NCBI GenBank assembly: GCA_963666205.1
Contig: OY762654.1
Location: forward strand, 518,611 to 582,610
Source of the DNA: Synergistales bacterium
Lineage (GTDB): Bacteria; Synergistota; Synergistia; Synergistales; JAFGMB01
DNA: 64,000 nucleotides
Direction: 5' to 3'
Shown here: positions 28,322 through 42,388 of the stretch, one piece after another
Layout: every line of letters starts with the position of its first letter
How positions within the stretch are numbered: position 1 is the stretch's first letter
The notes under the pieces: model-generated
Databases searched by the model: none
What the model saw: the letters and a program-made list of their open reading frames with translations, nothing else
What the model was told of the DNA's origin: nothing
Program-made: the position numbers and the translations under genes

Positions 28322-29086
28322 ATGAAAATTGATATTTCTCTTAAAGCCAGACATTGTGCAGATCTTATAAAGTCGGCGGGGTCCATTCTTCTTTTAAGCG
28401 GGGCCGGTATGTCTACTAATGCCGGGATACCAGATTTCAGGGGACCTGATGGTATATACAGAAAAGGGATGGATACTGATCCCGAGCTTATTTTTGATAT
28501 ACACTATTTCAGACTCAATCCTCTGTTTTTTTATAATTTTCACAGAGAGTTCATAAAATCATTGGAATCGGTCAAACCAACTTTTGCTCATTTCTTTTTT
28601 GCTTTTCTTGAAGAATCGGGTAAGATCCTCGGAATAGTTACACAGAACATTGATGCTCTCCATCAGAAAGCAGGTTCGAATAAAGTTTTCGAGATCCATG
28701 GCAGCAGCTGGAAAAGCTACTGTACAAACTGTGGCATAGAATACGATTACACAAGCAGCATCAAGAAGATCCAGACTGAAGAGGTCCCTCACTGTGAAAA
28801 ATGTGGAGGGGTAATAAAACCTGATATTGTCTTTTTTGGAGAAAATGTAAAATATTTATATGAATGTCAACAGATGGCCCAAAAAGCGGATCTTATGTTC
28901 GTAGTAGGGTCATCCCTTGCAGTAACTCCCGCTGCTCTACTTCCCGGCATGTGCAGAGGTAAAGTTATTGTCGTTAACAAAGGAGAAATATCCTTCTCCT
29001 ATCTTGATAAAAACAGGATAGACTTGTTTGTGGAAGAAGATATTGACAGCTTTTTCATGGAAGTTGACGGGTACCTTCATAATTGA
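28322..29086 (+). CDS. cobB: NAD-dependent protein deacylase (Sir2 family)
   Basis: GAGMSTNAGIPDFRG, QNIDALH, Zn-ribbon CTNC...CEKCGG. Confidence 0.9.
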   Translation: MKIDISLKARHCADLIKSAGSILLLSGAGMSTNAGIPDFRGPDGIYRKGMDTDPELIFDIHYFRLNPLFFYNFHREFIKSLESVKPTFAHFFFAFLEESGKILGIVTQNIDALHQKAGSNKVFEIHGSSWKSYCTNCGIEYDYTSSIKKIQTEEVPHCEKCGGVIKPDIVFFGENVKYLYECQQMAQKADLMFVVGSSLAVTPAALLPGMCRGKVIVVNKGEISFSYLDKNRIDLFVEEDIDSFFMEVDGYLHN

Positions 29087-29176
29087 CCCCCGCAATATTA
29101 TCCTTTAGAGGAAACATTTTAAAAACTACAGCAGACTTTTATTTTTTCGCAAGAAGTAAAGGCTTCAGCATAGATC

Positions 29177-30688
29177 TCACTTAACTTCCCGGGATTCCCT
29201 TATCCTGGCATAGAAAGAAGGGATCTCGTTTTTTAACGAGGAAGGCCTTGCGAGCCTGAAAACAAGATCTTTGCCAGCCAGTTGAGAGAGTTCGTCCTGT
29301 GTTTCAATATTCAGAGGCTCTGCAATCCCCATGATTATCCTTCCATGTTCATCCTCCGAAAGGGGAAGAACCTGAAAACTTTCAGCAATAGCCTGAGGTA
29401 TGAGGTTCAATAGTTCCGGTTGAGGCATAAAATCTGACAAGAGAACGGTAGGAACCTTCATTTGCCTGCTTAAACCTTCGGTAAGCTCTCTCTCGTTCAA
29501 AAATCGATTTTCCAGTAGGATATCACCTAACCTTTTGTGATTGGATTTCTGAAGATCCAGCACCTCCGCCAACTCTTCCTCGGTTATCAGGCCTGCATTA
29601 AGAAGAACCTGACCTAGCAATGTCTTTTTGTAGCAATAGATCAGATCATGGCTGGAATTGTAAAAATCATTGTAAAGGGATGGAATTTCCCTTCTTAATT
29701 CAGATGGTAGAGCTATCCTGACTTCCAGTTGCATGCCGGTAATGTGGCATAGCTCATCAATGGCCAATACATCCATCGGTTCTGCTACTGCAACGAGAAG
29801 AGAATCATTATCCTGAATCCTCAGAGGAAGGGCCTGAAGTCTCAGCGCAATATTTTCAGGCACCTTCTCCAGTGCGCTTTTTTCAGGAAGAAAATCTTTT
29901 GTGGAATATACAGGAATTCCAAGCTGAGAGCTAAGTCCCTCAGCAAGTTCTTTCTCGGAGAGCCAACCGTTTTTAAGGAGTATCTCTCCAAAACGCATGT
30001 GAGTGTGCTTTTGCTCCTTCAGTACTGACTGGATCTGTTTTTCAGAGATTAGACCTGCATTGAGAAGGATACCGCCAATAAGTGCGTTTTTAGCAGTCGA
30101 GTTTTCATGCATAGGTTTTATCTTAAGAGAATCATAAAAGGAGGATGTGTAGAACCTGATATCTGAACCTGTGACTAAAACCAGTTCTATATCCAGACCA
30201 GTATAAAGATGCAACTCATCTTTTGCGAGAACATCCATAGGTTCAGTGGTAGCGACTTTCAGAACTCTATTCTGTGTCAACTCCAACGGAAGGATCTGAA
30301 GTTTTTCCGCCATGGATTGAGGGACTGCGAGAAGAGCGTCTTCATGAGGTTCATACCCGGAAAACTCAAACAGCGGGATATTAAACTGTTCACTTAAACC
30401 CTGGGCAAGTTCTTTCTCAGATATCCACCCGTTTTTGAGGAGGATCTCTCCAAACCGCATACGGGTAGTTTTCTGTTCATTGAGAGCAGAAAGAAGCTGG
30501 TTTTCATAAATCATACCTGTTTTCAGTAGGATTTCTCCGATAAACTTATGTTTTTTGCAGGGAAAGATGAGCAAGACCCCCCTCAGAAGCTTTGTATAAT
30601 GAGATTTAATAATTAAATATACCACCAGAGGAAGAGTTGTACCAGTAGAATTGGAGTATGGATCCAGCATGCGCAGATGACCAAACAA
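29177..30688 (-). CDS. Standalone protein of three tandem MshEN/T2SSE_N-type domains (putative c-di-GMP receptor)
   Basis: Three ~150-aa repeats. Each begins with a doubled 24-residue motif separated by 5 residues, e.g. FIGEILLKTGMIYENQLLSALNEQ-KTTRM-RFGEILLKNGWISEKELAQGLSEQ. No ATPase domain. The true start is uncertain: the first ~40 codons look non-coding, and a TTG after a GAGGGGGG RBS is possible. Confidence 0.75.
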   Translation of the reverse strand: MFGHLRMLDPYSNSTGTTLPLVVYLIIKSHYTKLLRGVLLIFPCKKHKFIGEILLKTGMIYENQLLSALNEQKTTRMRFGEILLKNGWISEKELAQGLSEQFNIPLFEFSGYEPHEDALLAVPQSMAEKLQILPLELTQNRVLKVATTEPMDVLAKDELHLYTGLDIELVLVTGSDIRFYTSSFYDSLKIKPMHENSTAKNALIGGILLNAGLISEKQIQSVLKEQKHTHMRFGEILLKNGWLSEKELAEGLSSQLGIPVYSTKDFLPEKSALEKVPENIALRLQALPLRIQDNDSLLVAVAEPMDVLAIDELCHITGMQLEVRIALPSELRREIPSLYNDFYNSSHDLIYCYKKTLLGQVLLNAGLITEEELAEVLDLQKSNHKRLGDILLENRFLNERELTEGLSRQMKVPTVLLSDFMPQPELLNLIPQAIAESFQVLPLSEDEHGRIIMGIAEPLNIETQDELSQLAGKDLVFRLARPSSLKNEIPSFYARIRESREVK

Positions 30689-30810
30689 TGAGCAGCATTG
30701 AAACAGTATCTGAGATTCGGTTATTGATCATTATTATCGTGTAATAACGGAGGATATGAGGGTTAATTTTATGTAGTTCAGGAAAGGGAGGTGTCAGGAC
30801 AGCAAAAAAG

Positions 30811-30931
30811 GTTTCTGGCAGCGACCTACTCTCCCACGGATACCCTCCGCAGTACCATCGGCGCTGGAGGGCTTAACTGCCGGGTTCGGCATGGAACCGG
30901 GTGTACCCCCTCCGCTATTACCACCAGAAAC
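30811..30931 (-). rRNA. rrf: 5S ribosomal RNA
   Basis: The reverse complement aligns by eye with bacterial 5S (…CCAUGCCGAACCCGGCAGUUAAGC…GGGAGAGUAGGUCGCUGCCAGAAAC), with terminal helix pairing. Ends accurate to a few nt. Confidence 0.9.
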
Positions 30932-30997
30932 CTTATTTAAATCTATACCCGTACGGGTCAAGACAGAAGAACAAGGTGTTTTACTTAAATCAGTAGA

Positions 30998-33993
<2,996 letters not shown>

Positions 33994-34121
33994 TACATTC
34001 TACTGATTTAAGTAACTTCACCTATTCTGCTGTCAAGGTCCTGTACGGGCAGTTCTTATAGACAGGTAAAAGAAAGAATAACTCACCATCATTTCGTGTT
34101 ACATAAGCCCCTGAGGGCTCT

Positions 34122-35660
<1,539 letters not shown>

Positions 35661-35764
35661 ATCCTGTCTGGCTCGCTCTTCTTTCTCTTCCTGCCTATAA
35701 AACTGTCAAGGTGCATTCTGCTAAATCGTTAGCAGGCGACCCCCTGTTTTCGGGGTGCTTGGTA

Positions 35765-35793
35765 ATCTTACTAGTCTTCTGAATTCCTGTCAA
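35765..35793 (-). promoter_or_regulatory. Candidate rRNA operon promoter
   Basis: Minus strand reads TTGACA (35793..35788), 17 nt, TAAGAT (35770..35765), about 105 nt upstream of mature 16S. Confidence 0.5.
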
Positions 35794-35994
35794 CGCTTTC
35801 TGACAGTAAGCTCTTATTCCTGTTAAAGACTCTCAGGATACTTGTCTGCACAAAAAGGCTATATTCTTTTTAAATATAAGGATATGCCCTTTTCTTTCTT
35901 CCTGAATCTGCTTTTATCTTTGGGGTTTTGCCAAAATATCCTCATAAGAACGTTGAATGTATATTTTATTCTTACAGACTTAATGGCTTCTTGT

Positions 35995-37113
35995 TCAGTC
36001 GCTATCTATGTCCAGTTCCAGAATACCTTCCTCTATAGTTATCTTGCTATTTTCAATTTCAGGCGGCGATTCCGCTGTCACCTCCTGCCCAATATTAAAT
36101 CCCAGGTCATTTGATACCTTCAACATCACTTCATTGGTTATTTCGTCCATAAGGTCGGGATGTGTTTCTATATAAACAGCCACGTTATCCTTACCCTGTC
36201 CAAGGGTTTCACCCTTGTAGGCTAGCCAGGATCCCTTCCGTTTAACCACATTGAGGTCAATAGCCATATCAAGTACTGCAATACCCTTTGGAACTCCCTT
36301 CCCATATAATAAAGAGGTATGAGCGGTCTTGAAGGGGGGAGCCTGTTTGTTCTTAACAACTTTTATCCATAGTTCGTGACCCAGGAATTCATCTCCCTTG
36401 GTAAGACTTTTCCCCCGCTTAACTTCAATTCTCAGAGAGCTATAAAATTTAAGAGCCCTTCCACCTGTAGTCGTTTCCTGAGGGCCGGACGAATAACCTG
36501 TGCTTATCTTTGCCCTTAACTGGTTGATAAAGATGACTACACAGTTACTCTTTGAAATGGCTGAAGTAAGTCTTCTGAGCGCATAGGACATCAGTCTCGC
36601 CTGAAGTCCTACCTGACTATCACCGATCTTCCCATCTATTTCAGCCTGGGGAGTCAGAGCAGCCACTGAATCTACAACAACCAGATCAACGGCACTACTC
36701 CTGACGAGTGTATCGAGAACATAGAGAGCCTGTTCACCACTATCAGGCTGGGCCACATATAGAGACTGTATATCAACTCCTATGGATGAAGCCAGTCTTG
36801 GGTCAAGGGCATGTTCTGCGTCGATAAATGCCGCTACTCCTCCATTCTTCTGGGCTTCCGCTATGGCATGAAGGGCAAGAGTAGTCTTACCGGAACCCTC
36901 TGGTCCGAAGATCTCAACAATTCGCCCCTTGGGAAGTCCTCCGATCCCGAGGGCCACATCAAGGGGCAGGATACCAGTTGGGATAACTTCAACGGAAATG
37001 GTAAGGGGATCTCCCAACCGCATAATGGACCCTTCTCCAAACTTGCTTCGGATGTCTTCTATAGCAACTTCCAGCACATCTTCCCTGGTTTTCGAACTCT
37101 TCTGTTTAGCCAT
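35995..37113 (-). CDS. recA: Recombinase RecA
   Basis: Unmistakable RecA sequence (GPEGSGKTTLALH, FIDAEHALD, VVDSVAAL, FINQLR). Acidic C-terminal tail. Confidence 0.97.
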   Translation of the reverse strand: MAKQKSSKTREDVLEVAIEDIRSKFGEGSIMRLGDPLTISVEVIPTGILPLDVALGIGGLPKGRIVEIFGPEGSGKTTLALHAIAEAQKNGGVAAFIDAEHALDPRLASSIGVDIQSLYVAQPDSGEQALYVLDTLVRSSAVDLVVVDSVAALTPQAEIDGKIGDSQVGLQARLMSYALRRLTSAISKSNCVVIFINQLRAKISTGYSSGPQETTTGGRALKFYSSLRIEVKRGKSLTKGDEFLGHELWIKVVKNKQAPPFKTAHTSLLYGKGVPKGIAVLDMAIDLNVVKRKGSWLAYKGETLGQGKDNVAVYIETHPDLMDEITNEVMLKVSNDLGFNIGQEVTAESPPEIENSKITIEEGILELDIDSD

Positions 37114-37165
37114 TCAATACGCCTCCTCATTTGCGACTAGGAAAATAGGGAACCATTACATTCAC

Positions 37166-37768
37166 TTACTCTGCAAGATTATATGATCTCAATGTAGTGT
37201 AAATAGGACCGTCTGGAGTAAGATCACTTTGAATAAGCTGAACTTCTTTAACTTCCCATTTAAGATTTGTGAATTCCTTCTGTTCAAACTCGTACCACAT
37301 GGAACTTGCCAGATCAACTGCATTTTTTACCCTTGCTATTGTTATATGTGGATGAAAAATGCGTTTGTCAGAAGGCAGACCAGATTTCCTGCATATATCC
37401 TCCATAGAGGAGGCAAGAGAAATCAAATTATCCTGTCCTTCTTGAACACCCAACCATAAAATTCTTGGTCTTCGAAGTGAAGGAAATGCACCAGCCTTAC
37501 CTAGAGTAAGCTGGAAAGATGAAATTGCATTAATCCTGAAAAATTGCTCAATTATGGTTTGCAGTCTTATAAGATCCTTAAGTTCAATTTCTCCACAGAA
37601 TTTTAAAGTAATATGAAGAGCTTCATCTTTCACCCATTTTAATCCGGGGGCTGTATACCCGAGAGATTGTATCCAGTCGGATATCTCCATTCTGATCTTT
37701 TGTCCAGGGTTAACTGCTATAAAACATCTAACCCTTTTATTCAAATACACTTCAGTATTTCCCTCCAT
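37166..37768 (-). CDS. thpR: RNA 2',3'-cyclic phosphodiesterase (2'-5' RNA ligase family)
   Basis: Two HxT motifs (HITLKF, HITIAR). The start is uncertain; a TTG overlapping the cinA stop is possible. Confidence 0.85.
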   Translation of the reverse strand: MEGNTEVYLNKRVRCFIAVNPGQKIRMEISDWIQSLGYTAPGLKWVKDEALHITLKFCGEIELKDLIRLQTIIEQFFRINAISSFQLTLGKAGAFPSLRRPRILWLGVQEGQDNLISLASSMEDICRKSGLPSDKRIFHPHITIARVKNAVDLASSMWYEFEQKEFTNLKWEVKEVQLIQSDLTPDGPIYTTLRSYNLAE

Positions 37769-38961
37769 AAGAGTTCAAGTGCCATGGCTTTAGCTCTTCT
37801 TCTTATCATGTCCCTGTTGCCTGAAAGGATCCTGTGAAATGTAGTTTCACCTCTAGTACTGCTGATGCCGAACCAGACGGTTCCAACCGGTTTATCCGGC
37901 GTTCCTCCATCCGGACCAGCTATACCGGTTATCGAAACTGCGTAATCCGAATCATAAATCCTTCTGCTGCCAGCAGCCATAGAAGCTGCACATTCTGAAC
38001 TGACAGCACCATAACGAGACAGCAAATCCTCAGGAACACCAAGAAGGGAAGTTTTTGAAGAATTGCTATAACATACCGCACTACCGCAAAATACCTCAGA
38101 TATTCCTGCAATTTCCGTTAGTTGGGCTCCGATAAGACCTCCCGTACAGGATTCCGCAAGGGAAAAGACACATTTGCCGGTAAGTGCCGCCTTCATTATC
38201 GCTTCTTCCAGAGAGCTGGTTCCTCTCGGGAGGCAGTCCGATGGGAGCAATGAACGGATGGAATCCTCCGCTTCTCTGATGGATGCAGCAGGACCTCGTA
38301 TAACTATCTCAATGAGATTCGGAGAAGGAAGAACCGATACATCAAGCTCCGGTTGAAGTATCACTTCTGATAGATGTTCTTTAAGAATGCTCTCCGCCCA
38401 TCCTACTACATGAACGGATGTCCAGCACTCTTTCGGCTGAAGCAGAGTGGCTAGTTCCTGTTCTGCCATTGCCTTGTACTCTGCAGGAATACCCGGGAAA
38501 GAAAAGACGTCTGTCCCGGCTCGTGAAAATTTAATCCCCAGCGCAGAACCGGCAGGGTTGTATATGGCCTCTGACAGTTCAGGGATAAGACCCTGCGGTA
38601 TCCGGGACCTTTCAATAATACTTCTCAGTTCTCCCTGGTATCTATTGACGATCCTGCCATATGTTATATCATCGGCTTTTAAATCACATTCCAGATAAGA
38701 TGCAATAGACTGTCTTGTCCTGTCATCATGGGTAGGTCCAAGCCCTCCGGATGTAATGATCAGATCGACGGAACCGACCCACCTTTCAAAGAACTTGTGA
38801 GTCGCTTCTTCCGAGTCCTCCAATATCTCTATGGCCTTTACCTTCCAACCTGCATCATGGAATCTGGCAGCGAGCCATGAACAATTACATTCAAAACGCA
38901 ATCCACTGAGAAGTTCATCTCCAAATGCTACAAAAACCACCGTATTCATAATATCCTCCAT
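37741..38961 (-). CDS. cinA: CinA (competence/damage-inducible protein; NMN amidohydrolase PncC domain)
   Basis: N-terminal MoCF-biosynthesis-like domain (GDELLSG...TSGGLGPTHDD) plus a C-terminal CinA domain. Confidence 0.9.
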   Translation of the reverse strand: MEDIMNTVVFVAFGDELLSGLRFECNCSWLAARFHDAGWKVKAIEILEDSEEATHKFFERWVGSVDLIITSGGLGPTHDDRTRQSIASYLECDLKADDITYGRIVNRYQGELRSIIERSRIPQGLIPELSEAIYNPAGSALGIKFSRAGTDVFSFPGIPAEYKAMAEQELATLLQPKECWTSVHVVGWAESILKEHLSEVILQPELDVSVLPSPNLIEIVIRGPAASIREAEDSIRSLLPSDCLPRGTSSLEEAIMKAALTGKCVFSLAESCTGGLIGAQLTEIAGISEVFCGSAVCYSNSSKTSLLGVPEDLLSRYGAVSSECAASMAAGSRRIYDSDYAVSITGIAGPDGGTPDKPVGTVWFGISSTRGETTFHRILSGNRDMIRRRAKAMALELLWREILKCI

Positions 38962-38970
38962 AAACAGGCC

Positions 38971-39432
38971 TTAAGAGAGGAAAGAAAAACCACCCCTGAG
39001 AAACAACCAGTTGATCAAGATAAGGATAACATTGACCATTATTCCACCTGTAACATCATCCGCCATTATACCCAGACCACCGGGAAGTTTCTCTGCAGAG
39101 CAGACAGGTACGGGCTTCAGGATATCCACTACCCGGAACAGGAAAAGTGCGGGAAGGGCAAAACCCGCCGGTAGGCCATACATGGCTATCCAGGTCCCGG
39201 CTATTTCGTCTATAACTACTTCGCCTGGATCCTTTCTCCCTGTCCGGTTCTGATAATTTTCAGAAGATATAGTGCCAATGACAATAGTGATAAGGATAAC
39301 CCACCATTTAACCGGCAGGAAGATGGCAATAATAAAGGCCAACACAGACCCCAGAGTTCCAGGCATTTTCCCTATCTTTCCTATACCGCCTGCAGTTGCG
39401 ATCAGTTCGTAGAACTTCTCTTTACCGGTCAT
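38971..39432 (-). CDS. pgpA: Phosphatidylglycerophosphatase A
   Basis: PgpA pattern (GIGKIGKMPGTLGS...VIDEIAG...DILKP). Start set at M15, giving an 11-nt overlap with rimO. Confidence 0.85.
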   Translation of the reverse strand: MTGKEKFYELIATAGGIGKIGKMPGTLGSVLAFIIAIFLPVKWWVILITIVIGTISSENYQNRTGRKDPGEVVIDEIAGTWIAMYGLPAGFALPALFLFRVVDILKPVPVCSAEKLPGGLGIMADDVTGGIMVNVILILINWLFLRGGFSFLS

Positions 39433-40717
39433 AGGAAAGTACCTCTGAGAAAAGATCATGTTCAGTAGCTTCATTTACCATTACCTTGACTACTTTTCCT
39501 TTTTCAAGCCCCTTTGCGTACTGTACGCATACAGAACCATCCACTTCAGGTGCATCCCGGTATGATCGTCCCCAGGCGATATTTTCTACAGGGTCAATTT
39601 CTTCGATGAGAATATCAAGTTCTTTACCCTCAAAAGATTTCTGCCTAGCTAAAGAAATTTCTTCCTGCAGTTCCATAAGCCTGGAATATCTGCACTGTTT
39701 TTCTTCCTGCGGTACCTGTCCTGGAAGGGAGGCAGCTACGGTACCTTCTTCAGGATAAAATGGGAATGCGCCTACTCTATCGAGTTCCATCTCTTCAAGA
39801 AAATCAAGAAGCTGTTGGAACTCTTTCTCGGTTTCACCCGGATATCCGACCATTAAAGTTGTCCTTAATGCAAATAAGGGATCCATTTGTCTGGCCATTC
39901 TAAAGATGTTTTTCATTTCCTGTTCAGATCCTATCCTGTTCATTGATTTCAGAATAGTACCATTCACATGTTGAAGCGGAATATCAAGATATGGAAGAAT
40001 CACCTTGCTGTTATATACCATTTCAAGAAGTTCTCTATCCAGCCGCTTCGGATGGAGATAGAGAAGTCTGACCCAGATATCTTCCGGAAGAGACCGGTCA
40101 AACTCGTGGATAAGTTCCTTGAGCATGGGCCTGCCGTAAATATCCATGCCATAGGCAGTTGGATCCTGGCTAATTACACAGATCTCCACTGCTCCGTTCT
40201 CGATCAGAGTTACAGCTTCTGAAATAATCTCTCCGATGGGTTCACTTTTCAGTACTCCCCTGATAGAGGGTATAGTACAATAGGCACATTTTTCATTACA
40301 TCCCTCACTAACCTTAAGATATCTGCTCCAGAAAGAGCCATCAGGCATTAAGATTCTCGATGGAGGGTTATTTTCTATGCTGAGAGAAGACAGGACCTTA
40401 CTCCATTCCTGAGGTCCTGCCCAGAAATCAACCGTTGGAAGTTCCTTTCTGAGTTCATCACCGTATCTTTTCACCAGGCATCCAACTACCCCGATTTTCT
40501 TAAGAATTCCTTTTTCTTTCAGAAGTTCAAGGTCAAGGACAGCATCTACACTTTCTTCAACTGCAGGCTGAATGAATCCACAGGTATTCACTATCGCAAT
40601 TTCTGCATCCTCGACATTTGATACAAGCCGATGCCCCGCTGATGAAAGCAGGCCGGCGAGATACTCACTGTCAACCTGGTTTTTTGCACACCCAAGGTTC
40701 AAGATGTAGAAATCCAT
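39422..40717 (-). CDS. rimO: Ribosomal protein S12 methylthiotransferase RimO
   Basis: UPF0004 N-domain (LGCAKNQVDSE...NTCGFI), radical-SAM CxxxCxxC (CNEKCAYC), C-terminal TRAM. Start set at MDFYILNLGC (TAATG overlap with the upstream stop). Confidence 0.85.
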   Translation of the reverse strand: MDFYILNLGCAKNQVDSEYLAGLLSSAGHRLVSNVEDAEIAIVNTCGFIQPAVEESVDAVLDLELLKEKGILKKIGVVGCLVKRYGDELRKELPTVDFWAGPQEWSKVLSSLSIENNPPSRILMPDGSFWSRYLKVSEGCNEKCAYCTIPSIRGVLKSEPIGEIISEAVTLIENGAVEICVISQDPTAYGMDIYGRPMLKELIHEFDRSLPEDIWVRLLYLHPKRLDRELLEMVYNSKVILPYLDIPLQHVNGTILKSMNRIGSEQEMKNIFRMARQMDPLFALRTTLMVGYPGETEKEFQQLLDFLEEMELDRVGAFPFYPEEGTVAASLPGQVPQEEKQCRYSRLMELQEEISLARQKSFEGKELDILIEEIDPVENIAWGRSYRDAPEVDGSVCVQYAKGLEKGKVVKVMVNEATEHDLFSEVLSYDR

Positions 40718-41697
40718 TAATTGTTTATCCTGCCTTTTGATCCATCTGGAGAGTAGAACCAATGCTCTACGCTACCACCTTTTCCCGGATTACCCAGGTC
40801 TTCTCCGCGAAAAGATATGCTGACACTACCCGGACGACCATAAACAACCTCTGTCCTCTCGGTTATTTCAAATTCTCTGGAAGTATTGCTCTTTATTATT
40901 CCCTGAAAAATGGTATTTTCGAGACCTGAGAGTTTTACCCAGCAATCCCTGGTAGTTGAGATAACAAGAATATTTTCTATTTGAGGCTCGCTCTTTACCA
41001 TTGGGATAGATTGCGAATTATCAATTGGGCCAGCGGAAAGCGTTATACCCGGTTTAGTTTCTCCATTGACATCGGTCATACCTGTCATAGACATACTTTC
41101 GTCACCTGAAACAGTACCACTGCTGGAAAAGGTATCACCGGAACTTTTTAGAAGGCTCTCATCTGAGGAAATAACAATGGATGATTCTTCCTTTTTCACC
41201 TGGTTTGATGGTTCTGATATTTTTTCCTCCACTGTTGCTACTACATCGTCTTCGGAAGAAACAATTTTCTGGATTCCCCGATAAGACTCATCCCTGTTCG
41301 TCCAGGCTGACCAACCGTACCAGCCGAAACCCGCTATTATCATCAGAAGGACAATGATCATCCAGAGCCGGGATGCCTGCCTGAATCCCCTTGCAGGAGG
41401 GGTACAGGTTCCAAGAACAAGATCTGGTGCCCCGACTATCTCTTCTGAAAAGATATATGGCTTAAACTGGGGCCAAAGATCCTCTGCGCCAAGAAAACGA
41501 AGATAGCTTTTAATGAAACCCCTTACATATACACTTCCCGGGAAATTATCTAAAATTCCATTTTCTATATCCTCAAGGAAGTTGGTCCTGATCTTAGTAA
41601 CTGCTGTTACATCGTCAAGGGTAAACCCCTTTTCTTTTCTTATGGTTCTTATCTCATTTCCAAGGTCTGCAAGCGCCTTTGATCTATCTTTCATCAA
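40717..41697 (-). CDS. RodZ-like cytoskeleton-associated protein (HTH_25 + TM + C-terminal beta domain)
   Basis: N-terminal XRE-type HTH (LGNEIRTIRKEKGFTLDDVTAVTKIRTNFLEDIENG), a single TM, a low-complexity linker and a DUF4115-like C-terminus. Confidence 0.7.
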   Translation of the reverse strand: MMKDRSKALADLGNEIRTIRKEKGFTLDDVTAVTKIRTNFLEDIENGILDNFPGSVYVRGFIKSYLRFLGAEDLWPQFKPYIFSEEIVGAPDLVLGTCTPPARGFRQASRLWMIIVLLMIIAGFGWYGWSAWTNRDESYRGIQKIVSSEDDVVATVEEKISEPSNQVKKEESSIVISSDESLLKSSGDTFSSSGTVSGDESMSMTGMTDVNGETKPGITLSAGPIDNSQSIPMVKSEPQIENILVISTTRDCWVKLSGLENTIFQGIIKSNTSREFEITERTEVVYGRPGSVSISFRGEDLGNPGKGGSVEHWFYSPDGSKGRINN

Positions 41698-42388
41698 GAC
41701 CTTCCTCCTTAAGAATCTTGCGCATCTTCAATATTTCTTCAGCAGGCTCTGCTTTCCCCAGAATAGCACTGCCCATTACCAGAACATCGCAGCCGGAACG
41801 AACTACTGCTTGAATATTATCAATACCTATACCTCCATCTATCTCAATAAGAAAATCAAGGTCGGATAGTATTCTCCATCTACAGAGGGAAGTAATCTTT
41901 TCCATAACTTCAGGGATGAAAGTCTGTCCTCCAAAACCAGGATTAACAGACATGACTAGAACCATATCTACCAGGTGCAGGACAGGTCGGATAATTTCTA
42001 CCGGTGTAGCCGGGTTCAGGGTAACTCCGGGCTTACATCCAAGCTCCTTTATCCTGCAAAGAAGGCGATGAAGGTGCCTGGTTGATTCAACATGAACAGT
42101 AAGATAGTCAGCCCCTGCCTCAGCAAAGGGTTCTATAAAGTTTTCAGGAGAGTCCACCATGAGATGAACATCCAGGACCTCAGCCGGATAACGTTTCTTC
42201 AGAGCTGAAACCAGCGCCGGGCCATAAGAGATATTCGGGACAAAATGTCCATCCATAACATCAACATGTATCCAGTCATGAAGACCCCCAAGACTGTTTA
42301 TACTTTCAGAAACTGCAAGAGGATCAGCAGAAAGAAGAGAGGGGGCTATAATGAGCCCTTTGTTCTTCAACGATATTTTTCCTGCCAT
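41684..42388 (-). CDS. rpe: Ribulose-phosphate 3-epimerase
   Basis: HVDVMDGHFVPN, HLMV, SVNPGFGGQ. Confidence 0.92.
   Translation of the reverse strand: MAGKISLKNKGLIIAPSLLSADPLAVSESINSLGGLHDWIHVDVMDGHFVPNISYGPALVSALKKRYPAEVLDVHLMVDSPENFIEPFAEAGADYLTVHVESTRHLHRLLCRIKELGCKPGVTLNPATPVEIIRPVLHLVDMVLVMSVNPGFGGQTFIPEVMEKITSLCRWRILSDLDFLIEIDGGIGIDNIQAVVRSGCDVLVMGSAILGKAEPAEEILKMRKILKEEGLDER

Noticed and set aside
29177-30688. N-terminal ~40 residues of the triple-MshEN ORF (MFGHLRMLDPYSNSTGTTLPLVVYLIIKSHYTKLLRGV...).
   Set aside because: The composition looks non-coding, and the segment contains a promoter-like CATTATAC and a GAGGGGGG RBS. The real start is probably the TTG just before LIFPCKKHKFIGEILL, but I cannot prove it, so the track coordinates are kept.
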